Below, piece after piece: positions 1 to 7,927 of a DNA stretch of 43,107 bases (position 1 is its first letter; each line of letters begins with the position of its first letter). The notes beneath the pieces are model-generated. The model was not told the origin of the DNA, made no database searches, and saw only the letters and a list, made by a program, of their open reading frames with translations. The DNA is from an uncultured Collinsella sp. (GTDB lineage: Bacteria; Actinomycetota; Coriobacteriia; Coriobacteriales; Coriobacteriaceae), in the NCBI GenBank assembly GCA_902478935.1, contig CABSMV010000001.1, forward strand, positions 1-43,107. The letters run 5' to 3'. Made by a program: the position numbers and the translations under genes.

Positions 1-13
1 GTATAAGAGACAG
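1..13 (+). other. Nextera/Tn5 mosaic-end adapter remnant (library artefact)
   Basis: GTATAAGAGACAG is the 3' part of the mosaic end AGATGTGTATAAGAGACAG; it interrupts galK. Confidence 0.93.
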
Positions 14-471
14 CCCCAGAGCGTCTCCATGGCACGACCGTACGCGGCCTCGACGGCGGCAGAGCTGGAAAGGCCGCCACCCGAGGGGACGGAGCAAGTG
101 AAGGCGAAGTCGAAGCCGTGGGGCTCAACACCAAGCGCTGCGATTTCGTGGGCCATGCCGCGGACGAGGCTCGCGGACGTGCCCTTCTCGGACTCCTGAA
201 CGTCTAGCGTGTCGAGCGCGATCTCAAACGTGGGATAGCCCTCGTCGGCAACGCGAACCTTGTTGGTGTCGGTCGCTACGGCAATGCCGTCAACGGCGAC
301 ATCGAGCGAGCCGGCGATGACGTGGCCGCCCTCGTGGTCGGTGTGGTTGCCACTGATCTCGGAACGGCCGGGCGCGTGCACGTAGAGCACCTGGCGGTCG
401 CCGATGGGGCCAAACTCCTCCTCAAATAGCTTGGTGAGCGTGGCGAGTGTCTTTTCGTCGGGGGTGGTCAT
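14..471 (-). CDS. galK: Galactokinase, N-terminal part (truncated by contig end)
   Basis: Manual translation gives MTTPDEKTL...APGRSEISGNHTDHEGGHVIAGSLD (GalK signature) and VPSGGGLSSSAA (GHMP motif). RBS AAGGA lies upstream. Absent from the ORF track because there is no stop. Confidence 0.9.
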
Positions 472-511
472 GGGAGTCCTTTCCTTGGCGCGCGAGGGTA
501 AGTTTTGCGCC

Positions 512-716
512 GTTATGAGTACGTTAACAACTTGAAGCGGCATGAACCAAGTGTTCACGATGCCGCACGTTACGGGCTATGTTAACGTACTCATAACACA
601 ACGCTTGTCACTTTTTGAGAATCTGGTAATCGGTAGAAATTCAGCCGTGAACGGTATTGCCGTATGGACTTATAAAGCAGAAGAGATGCGGATTGAAAAA
701 GTAGAGTACGTTAACA
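512..716. promoter_or_regulatory. Three LacI-family operator-like sites in the galK / regulator divergent region
   Basis: GTTATGAGTACGTTAACA (512-529), its exact reverse complement (580-597), and GAGTACGTTAACA (704-716). The CG-centred pattern is typical of LacI operators. Confidence 0.75.
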
Positions 717-809
717 TGCGTCCGACGATAGCGGGCCTCGGCGCGGAGTGTATTTCTGCCCGGGCCGGCATTCACGCTATTCAGATCTCGCAAGGGTGAA
801 GGTGATCCT

Positions 810-1841
810 GTGGCAAGGCGCCCGTCCAACGATACAGGTACGCGTCCGGTCTCCATGGCCGACGTCGCCCGCGCTGCCGGCGTTTCGCAGCAGACGGTTT
901 CGCGCGTCGCCAACGGCTTGCCCAACGTTAACGAGCAGACGCGCCAGCGCGTGCAGGCCGCTATGCAAGAGCTCGGCTTTCGTCCGAGTTATGCCGGTCG
1001 CTCGCTGCGCGACGGCCGTTACCATTCGGTCGGCCTGTGCGTCAACGATGTCACCAAGTTTGGCAACCTCTCAATGATCGACGGCATCGCCAGCGCTGCT
1101 CGCGAGCATAATTGCGCCATCACGCTGGTCGAGATGTCCAAGACCGAGGAGTTTTCGCTTGCCGAGGCCACGCGTCGTATGGCCGCATTGCCGGTGGACG
1201 GCATCATCATCGGCATGAGCCGCATGGCGCCCGATTTTGAGACGTTTGATCCACTGCCGGGCATTGGAACGGTCATCGTTACCATGTACGCGCACCCGCG
1301 GGTGACCACGGTCGACTCCGATCATTACGGCTGCTCGCTCTTGCTTATGGATCACCTGTTTGAGCTGGGGCACGAGCAGATTCGCTATATTGGCGGCCCG
1401 TCGTTCTCGGTCGACGAACAATTTCGTCGCGCCGGTTGGCAGGATGCACTCGAGCGTAAACACATCGAGTCGGCAGAGCCGCTCGAGGGCGACTGGTCTG
1501 CCAACAGCGGCTACGAGGCCGGCAGGTACCTGGCCGAGCACGATCGCACCATGACGGCGATTTACGCGGCAAATGACCAGATGGCAAACGGCGCAATTGC
1601 GGCACTGCGTGATAGCGGCCTGCGCGTGCCCGAGGACGTGAGCGTGGTGGGCGTCGACGATTCGCTCGATGATTTTGTGGCACACAACGAGCTCACGACC
1701 GTGCGGTTCGATCTACATCAGCGCGGACGCGAGGTGTTTGAGCATGCGGTTCCCGAGGCGGGTACGGCGGGCAAAACCGTTGCCATTCGTATTCCCGGCC
1801 AGCTCATTATTCGACATAGCACGGCGATACTGCGCGCATAG
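810..1841 (+). CDS. LacI-family transcriptional regulator (probable galactose repressor)
   Basis: HTH SMADVARAAGVSQQTVSRVAN plus a sugar-binding fold (AANDQMA, VPEDVSVVGVDD); divergent from galK. The start may instead be the ATG at 855. Confidence 0.92.
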   Translation: MARRPSNDTGTRPVSMADVARAAGVSQQTVSRVANGLPNVNEQTRQRVQAAMQELGFRPSYAGRSLRDGRYHSVGLCVNDVTKFGNLSMIDGIASAAREHNCAITLVEMSKTEEFSLAEATRRMAALPVDGIIIGMSRMAPDFETFDPLPGIGTVIVTMYAHPRVTTVDSDHYGCSLLLMDHLFELGHEQIRYIGGPSFSVDEQFRRAGWQDALERKHIESAEPLEGDWSANSGYEAGRYLAEHDRTMTAIYAANDQMANGAIAALRDSGLRVPEDVSVVGVDDSLDDFVAHNELTTVRFDLHQRGREVFEHAVPEAGTAGKTVAIRIPGQLIIRHSTAILRA

Positions 1842-1970
1842 TTTGTGCAGGTCAACGGCGGTATATTCCGCCTCAATAACAATCGATAAGGATGCTGGCG
1901 GATAGCCGTGGCTATGCAGCCGAGTGTTATGATAGACGGGTTCTTTTGTCTATCTAGGAGGCTTTGCCTG

Positions 1971-3131
1971 ATGGAGATCACCAAGGATATCCGCTACATC
2001 GGTGTCGACGATCACGACATTGACCTGTTCGAGGGCCAGTACGACGTGTCCGAGAACGGTATGGCATACAACAGCTACGTTATCTTGGGCGATAAAAACG
2101 CTGTCGCCGATTCGGTCGACGCTGGCTTTGTCGACGAGTGGCTCGGCAACCTCGAGGCCGTGCTCGATGGCCGTACGCCCGACTACCTGGTCGTCCATCA
2201 CATGGAGCCCGATCACTCCGCCGGTATCGCTGCCTTTATGGAGCGCTATCCCCAGGCGCAGATCGTGGCCAGCATGGGTGCTTTCCGCATGATGGTCAAC
2301 TACTTTGGCACCGATTTCCCCGAGCGCAAAATGGTCGTCAAAGAGGGCGATGTGCTCGATCTGGGCGGCCACAGCCTGACCTTTATCGGCGCCCCCAACG
2401 TTCACTGGCCCGAGGTGATTTTCTCCTACGAGTCCACCGACAAGGTGCTCTTTAGTGCCGACGGCTTTGGCAAGTTTGGCGCCAACGACATCGAGGATCC
2501 CGAGGGCTGGGCTTGCGAGGCTCGCCGCTACTACTTTGGCATCGTCGGTAAGTTCGGCAAGTTCGTGCAGGCCGTTCTCAAGAAGGCCGCCGACCTGGAC
2601 ATTCAGATCATCTGCCCGCTCCACGGCCCCGTGCTGACCGAGAACCTGGGCTACTACCTCGACACCTATAACACCTGGTCGAGCTATCAGCCCGAGGACG
2701 AGGGCATCACGATCGCCTATGCGAGCGTGTATGGCCATCTGAAGGCTGCCGTCGAGGAGCTCGCATCTGCGCTCGAGGCTCGCGGCCAGAAGGTCTCCGT
2801 CTTTGACCTGGCTCGCGACGACATGGCCGAGGCCGTTGAGGATGCGTTCCGCTACGACCGTCTGGTGCTCGCCTCCATTACCTATCAGGGCGAGATCTTC
2901 CCGTGCATGAGCACCTTTATCCACACGCTCGCCGAGCATGCCTACCAGAACCGCACCGTGGCGCTTGTCGAGTCCGGTTCCTGGGCGCCCGCAGCTGCCA
3001 AGGTTATGACCAAGGAGATCGAGGGCATGAAGGACATCACCCTGACGCAGAACAAGGTGACTGTGCTGGGCTCGCTCAACGACGCCTCGCGCGCTCAGAT
3101 CGAGGCCCTCGCCGACGAGCTCTCCAAGTAG
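1971..3131 (+). CDS. fprA: Flavodiiron protein (FprA / A-type flavoprotein; O2/NO reductase family)
   Basis: HHMEPDHS, HWPE, LFSADGFG and PLHGP di-iron motifs plus a C-terminal flavodoxin domain (YASVYGH). RBS AGGAGG precedes the ATG at 1971. Confidence 0.92.
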   Translation: MEITKDIRYIGVDDHDIDLFEGQYDVSENGMAYNSYVILGDKNAVADSVDAGFVDEWLGNLEAVLDGRTPDYLVVHHMEPDHSAGIAAFMERYPQAQIVASMGAFRMMVNYFGTDFPERKMVVKEGDVLDLGGHSLTFIGAPNVHWPEVIFSYESTDKVLFSADGFGKFGANDIEDPEGWACEARRYYFGIVGKFGKFVQAVLKKAADLDIQIICPLHGPVLTENLGYYLDTYNTWSSYQPEDEGITIAYASVYGHLKAAVEELASALEARGQKVSVFDLARDDMAEAVEDAFRYDRLVLASITYQGEIFPCMSTFIHTLAEHAYQNRTVALVESGSWAPAAAKVMTKEIEGMKDITLTQNKVTVLGSLNDASRAQIEALADELSK

Positions 3132-3164
3132 CGACACGTTCACTTTTGGCGCTCAACTATCACA

Positions 3165-3203
3165 ACCACCACAAAGGGGGCAGGCACCTTTGTGGTGGTT
3201 TTT
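3165..3203. terminator. Hairpin between convergent fprA and DeoR genes (also a 13-nt-loop repeat member)
   Basis: ACCACCACAAA-GGGGGCAGGCACC-TTTGTGGTGGT followed by a T-run. Confidence 0.65.
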
Positions 3204-3205
3204 GT

Positions 3206-4009
3206 TTAAGCGCCGGCGATGATGAGGGCTGGACGTGCGCTGTCGGTGGCCTTGGCGATTGAGGTGGCGACGGCATGATCGGGGTCACGGTCCATCACGA
3301 TGGCGTCGACATCGGTCAGCTCGGCAAAACGGTACATGCCACGTCCGTTGACCTTACTGGCGTCCATGAGGGCGACGCTTTGATGGGCCGCGGCGATCAT
3401 AGCCGTTTTGGTCTCGGCCATCTGGGGAAAGTCGGTCGTAAAGCCGCAGCTGGAGACAAAGGCGCCGGGGCACATGACGGCCAGATCGGCATGGACCATT
3501 TGAAGCGCCTGCATAGTGAGCGGTCCGTACAAATAACGATGGCCTTTGCGCAGCGCCCCGCCCAGCATGACGACATCGACCGAGGGCATGCTCTCGTCGA
3601 TGTAATCGGCAATGGTAATGTCTGCCGTGATGACGGTGATGCCGTCGCGCTGGTCGAGGAGCCGGACGAACTCGAGCGCCGTGGTGCCCGAGTCGACGAG
3701 CAGCGTGTCGCCGTCATTGACGAGCTCGATGGCGCTTTGCGCGATGGCCTGCTTGGCAGCGACGTTGACATTGATGCGGCGATCCTGCGTGGAGACGGTC
3801 AGGCGTTTGTGGAGCGAGACGGCACCGCCGTGCGTGCGGCGCAGCTTGCCTGCTTCGGCGAGCGCGTCCAGGTCGGCGCGGGCGGTGACGGAGGACACGC
3901 CAAAGGTCTGGGCGATTTCTGCTACCTGCACCGAGGCATTATGCTCGAGCATTTCCATGATGGCGGCACGACGCTCATCGGCGAAGGCTCGGGTTGTTGC
4001 GTGGGCCAT
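3206..4009 (-). CDS. DeoR/GlpR-family transcriptional regulator (AgaR/LacR-like)
   Basis: ERRAAI...VSSVTARADLDAL...RRTHGGA HTH plus DSGTT sensor motif. GGAG precedes the ATG at 4009. Confidence 0.92.
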   Translation of the reverse strand: MAHATTRAFADERRAAIMEMLEHNASVQVAEIAQTFGVSSVTARADLDALAEAGKLRRTHGGAVSLHKRLTVSTQDRRINVNVAAKQAIAQSAIELVNDGDTLLVDSGTTALEFVRLLDQRDGITVITADITIADYIDESMPSVDVVMLGGALRKGHRYLYGPLTMQALQMVHADLAVMCPGAFVSSCGFTTDFPQMAETKTAMIAAAHQSVALMDASKVNGRGMYRFAELTDVDAIVMDRDPDHAVATSIAKATDSARPALIIAGA

Positions 4010-4343
4010 AGCTGCTCCATTCTCGGCAAAATTTGCAGGAATTGTGTTGACTCTATTTTCGTTCATTTTCTTTTTGAGTAAGAAAACACCTTTCGATTAC
4101 TTATCTTTTCTATAAAAGAAAGACGCTGAACGCCTAAAATTCAATATCGAACATGTCCACTCTGCTCAAATTCCTTCCGTTTACTTTTCAAAAACGACTG
4201 TATTGACCTGCATGGGCTCAATATCTCGCGCGTGTAAAGCCGCTGAATTTCATACAATGAGCGCAGTAAAACGCAAGGTAAAACGCCTTGTGAACAACTA
4301 CGCCCGATGTCCAGATGCGGGCGAGGGAGAGGAGCAAACGCTC

Positions 4344-5201
4344 ATGGCACTTGTTACCACCGAAAAGATGCTCAAGGACGCTCAGGCCGGCCACTACGCC
4401 GTCGGCGCGTTCAACGTCGAGAACCTCGAGTTTGTTATGGCCGTTCTGGCCGCTGCCGAGGAGACCAAGTCCCCCGTCATCATGCAGACCACCCCGGGCA
4501 CCATCAAGACCGCTGGTCTGGACTACTTCTACGGCATGGTCAAGGCTGCCGCCGAGCGCGCTTCCGTGCCTGTCGCTCTGCACCTCGATCACGGCGATGG
4601 CTATGACCGCTGCATGCAGGCTTTCCGCACGGGCTACACCTCTGTCATGATTGACGGTTCGCACGAGTCCTTCGAGGACAACATCGCTCTGACCAAGTCC
4701 GTCGCCGATGCTGGCCGCGCCATGGGCGTGCCCGTCGAGGCCGAGCTCGGTAAGGTTGGCGGCAAGGAGGACGACGGTCCCGCGGTTGAGGGCGAGAGCC
4801 CCTACACCGATCCGGCCGAGGCCAAGGAGTTCGTCGAGCGTACCGGCTGCACCTCGCTGGCCATTGGCGTTGGCACCAGCCACGGTGTGTACACGAGCGA
4901 TCCGCACATCGAGCAGTCCGTGGTCAAGGCCATCCGCGACGCCGTCGACGTGCCGCTGGTTCTGCACGGCACCTCTGGTGTGCCCGATGAGCAGGTTGCC
5001 GAGGCTGTGAAGAACGGCATCTGCAAGGTCAACTACGCCACCGAGCTGCGTCAGGCCTACACCAAGGGCTTCATGGCCTACATGGCCGAGAACCCTGCCT
5101 GCTTCGATCCCAAGAAGCCGGCCAAGGAGGGCATGCGTGAGATCACCGAGCTGGTTAAGATCCGCATGACCAACCTCAACTCTGTGGGCAAAGCAGAGTA
5201 A
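4344..5201 (+). CDS. Class II fructose/tagatose-1,6-bisphosphate aldolase
   Basis: GAFNVEN, LHLDHG, SVMIDGSH, EAELG, GTSHG, LVLHG and GICKVNYATEL motifs. RBS GAGGAG. Confidence 0.93.
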   Translation: MALVTTEKMLKDAQAGHYAVGAFNVENLEFVMAVLAAAEETKSPVIMQTTPGTIKTAGLDYFYGMVKAAAERASVPVALHLDHGDGYDRCMQAFRTGYTSVMIDGSHESFEDNIALTKSVADAGRAMGVPVEAELGKVGGKEDDGPAVEGESPYTDPAEAKEFVERTGCTSLAIGVGTSHGVYTSDPHIEQSVVKAIRDAVDVPLVLHGTSGVPDEQVAEAVKNGICKVNYATELRQAYTKGFMAYMAENPACFDPKKPAKEGMREITELVKIRMTNLNSVGKAE

Positions 5202-5234
5202 CAGCAAGGGTACTCCGACTCGCTATATATCCCG

Positions 5235-5359
5235 GGGAGGGACGAGGGCTTAGTTCCCCAATCGTCCTCGGGCATGCAAAAAGCCTCGCTGCGCACTTCG
5301 TGCGGCGAGGCTTTTTGCCCCCTGCGGAAAGATTGGTGAACTAAGCCCTCGTCCCTCCC
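5235..5359 (+). repeat. Rod-like structured repeat, copy A
   Basis: Outer stem of about 28 bp, CGTCCTCGGGCATG / CCCCTGCGGAAAG internal motifs, inner stem, apical GCAC-TTC-GTGC. Confidence 0.85.
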
Positions 5360-5380
5360 AGGTTGACCTACTCGAGGTCG

Positions 5381-5507
5381 TCGCCCTTGTGGCGTTAGGG
5401 CGGAAAATAATAAGAAGCCTTCGCGCTGCGGAATGATTTTGGAAACTAAGTACGGGGACCCGCCCAAGCCGTCCTGCTCGATCGCCCTTGTGGCGTTGGG
5501 GCGGAAA
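5381..5507 (+). repeat. 26-bp direct repeat pair (small hairpins)
   Basis: TCGCCCTTGTGGCGTTAGGGCGGAAA (5381-5406) and TCGCCCTTGTGGCGTTGGGGCGGAAA (5482-5507); one mismatch. Confidence 0.8.
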
Positions 5508-6006
5508 GTATGGGGCGTTAGGGCTTCTTTGCTGATGGGGGATTAGTATGCCCGGGCTTGGTTGGGGAATGCCTGGTCTAGTGAGGCTTGGAGTTTTTCG
5601 AAGGATGTCTGCAGGTTGAGGTGTTGGTCTGCAGAGCGTTTTGCTTCTGTGGTGGGGGAGTCGAGGAGGCCGTTTCTCTGTGTCGGGGGGAAGGAGAAAA
5701 GGTTTGCATGATTAAGGGATGGCTGCTGTGCTGCGTCGTTGGAAGAATGCATGCTTATGCGGCCTCCTCGATGTCCACCAAAAGGTTGCGCACGGGGTGT
5801 GCTGCTAGGTCCCGTGCGTTGGCAGTATTATGCCGCGGCTGCTGCAAAGAAGCGCTAAAGAAAGGCTTAACCTGGTTTGGTGTTACGATGAAACTGCAGG
5901 TCAGAGGTATCGAATAACACTTTTGAAAGGTTTTGGGCTTAAGGGCTTTCTAAGGTTTGTGGCGCGGATGTGGCTCGCCTGTGTGGGGCGTGTGGATGGC
6001 TCGTTC

Positions 6007-6993
6007 CTAGCGCTGCGGCTCTGCGGCGCGCACCTGCTCGATGACCTTTTTCATCGTGGCGTCGATGCGGTCTTTTTTGAGCTCGCATTCCCAGATGGTT
6101 ATGGGCGTCCAGCCCATTTGAGTGAGTGCTGCCACGGCAGCGCGGTCGCGCTCGACGTTGCGGCGAAACTTTGCCTCCCAAAACTCAACGTTGCGCTTGG
6201 GCTTGCTAGGGTTGCATTTGGGACAGCGGTGCCAAAAACAGCCGTTGACGAAGATGGCGATCTTGCGCCCGGGAAAGGCGATGTCGGGTTTGCCGGGAAC
6301 CTTCCATTCCAAGCGATAGCCCGTAAGGCCCGCGGCGCGCAGGCGCTGGCGAACGAGCAGCTCGGGCTTGGTGTTCGCACGCTTGTTGCCCTTCATGGAC
6401 TTTTTTATAGCGGCGCGACGGCGTACCAGTTCGCGCTCGTCAGCGGAGAGGTCCGAGGTATCGATGCCGTCGAGCAGACCGGGCTTGGGACGCTTTTTGC
6501 TGCGGCGCTTGGCTTTGCGCTTGGGTTTGGTAACGGGCTCGTCGGCTGTGGTGGACTCGGTGCGGTTGGCGGCGTTGGCCTCAAGCCGGTCTTCCTTCAG
6601 CTCAATCAGGGCATCAATGAGCCCCTTGTCGGCGGGCATCCATTCCACCGTGGCAAGCGAGGTGCGCGGAATCCAGCGGATATCGAGTTGGCGGTCGTGC
6701 TTCTGCGGCTCATCGGATTCATCGGCGAGCGAGCAGTAGTAGCACTCCATGGAGAGATGGAAATCGGGGTAGTCGTACTCAACGGTGTAAAAATCGCGCA
6801 GGTTGGTGACTTTGACCCGTAGCTCTTCCATGAGCTCGCGGCGTACAGCGTCCTCGGGCGTCTCGCCGCGCATGAGCTTGCCACCGGGGAACTCCCAAAG
6901 TCCCTGCATGTCGCCATAGCCGCGCTGCACGGCAAGCAGCTCATCGGATCCTTCCTTGCGAATGATCCCAGCGGCAACATGAACAGTCTTCAA
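6007..6993 (-). CDS. vsr: MutT-like NUDIX hydrolase fused to Vsr (very short patch repair) endonuclease
   Basis: NUDIX box GGKLMRGETPEDAVRRELMEELRV; C-terminal Vsr motifs NTKPE, PGKPDI, FVNGCFWHRC, FWEAKFRRNVERD, GW...IWECE. TTG start at 6993 with GGAGG 7 nt upstream. The 517-aa ORF-track call is over-extended. Confidence 0.88.
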   Translation of the reverse strand: MKTVHVAAGIIRKEGSDELLAVQRGYGDMQGLWEFPGGKLMRGETPEDAVRRELMEELRVKVTNLRDFYTVEYDYPDFHLSMECYYCSLADESDEPQKHDRQLDIRWIPRTSLATVEWMPADKGLIDALIELKEDRLEANAANRTESTTADEPVTKPKRKAKRRSKKRPKPGLLDGIDTSDLSADERELVRRRAAIKKSMKGNKRANTKPELLVRQRLRAAGLTGYRLEWKVPGKPDIAFPGRKIAIFVNGCFWHRCPKCNPSKPKRNVEFWEAKFRRNVERDRAAVAALTQMGWTPITIWECELKKDRIDATMKKVIEQVRAAEPQR

Positions 6994-7040
6994 CAGGAGT
7001 CCTCCCTCAACATCAAAACATAACAGGGTGGCTACCCGTA

Positions 7041-7058
7041 CCTTACACAACGGTAAGG
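7041..7058 (+). promoter_or_regulatory. BceR-type response regulator binding site candidate
   Basis: CCTTACA-CAAC-GGTAAGG resembles the TnACA-N4-TGTAA inverted repeat found upstream of BceAB-type transporters. Confidence 0.55.
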
Positions 7059-7141
7059 CAAGCGTAAGCCATATCGATGGTAGCCGACTCGTCTTCTTGC
7101 GACTATAGATGCCGTAGACTAATCGCAAGAAAGGACTCGGT

Positions 7142-7927
7142 ATGCAAACCACGCACATGGCGACCCCGGTACTGGAGGTCGCGCATCTCGAAAAGGTATA
7201 TGGAGCGCTGGGCAACGTGACCCGTGCGCTCAACGACGTCAGCTTTACCGTCAACCGCGGTGAGTTCGTGGGCATCATGGGCGCTTCGGGCTCGGGCAAG
7301 TCGACGTTGCTCAACTGCGTGTCGACCATCGATAGCGCCACGAGCGGCACGATCCGCATCAACGGGCAGGACGTAACACGCATGAAGCAGGCTAAGCTTT
7401 CGCAGTTCCGCCGCGAGGAGCTCGGCTTTATCTTCCAGGACTCCAACCTGCTCGATACGCTCACGGCACGCGAGAACATCGCCCTGCCGCTCACCATCGC
7501 CCGCACAAACTCGGCAGAGATCTCGACCCGCGTGCAGGATGTGGCAGCGCGCCTTTCCATCAGTCAGGTGCTCGACAAGTATCCCTACCAAATGTCCGGC
7601 GGCCAGCAGCAGCGCGTCGCCGCGGCTCGCGCGCTCGTCACCGACCCCACCATGATTATGGCCGACGAGCCCACCGGCGCCCTCGATTCCAAGAGCGCTC
7701 GCCTGCTGCTCGAGAGCCTAGAGGCCCTTAACCGCCGCCTACGTGCCACCGTGCTCATGGTCACGCACGACAGCTTTGCCGCCAGTTACACGAGCCGTGT
7801 GCTGTTTATTCGCGACGGCAAGATCTTCACCGAGCTGCGCCGCGGCGACACCGACCGCCGAGAGTTCTTCGACCGCATTATGGAGGTCGTTGCCATGATG
7901 GGCGGTGAGGGCTCCGATGCTCTGTAA
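7142..7927 (+). CDS. ABC transporter ATP-binding protein (BceA/LolD-like)
   Basis: Walker [28 protein letters not shown] and VTHD motifs. Confidence 0.95.
   Translation: MQTTHMATPVLEVAHLEKVYGALGNVTRALNDVSFTVNRGEFVGIMGASGSGKSTLLNCVSTIDSATSGTIRINGQDVTRMKQAKLSQFRREELGFIFQDSNLLDTLTARENIALPLTIARTNSAEISTRVQDVAARLSISQVLDKYPYQMSGGQQQRVAAARALVTDPTMIMADEPTGALDSKSARLLLESLEALNRRLRATVLMVTHDSFAASYTSRVLFIRDGKIFTELRRGDTDRREFFDRIMEVVAMMGGEGSDAL

Noticed and set aside
5543..5917. Small ORFs 5543-5752 (-) and 5588-5917 (+), and 35208-35504 (+)
   Set aside because: They lack a clear RBS, have atypical composition and lie in skewed low-complexity intergenic DNA.
6994..7560. N-terminal 189 aa of the 517-aa ORF-track call
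   Set aside because: It overlaps the real ABC ATPase on the opposite strand. Homology and the RBS place the start at TTG 6993.
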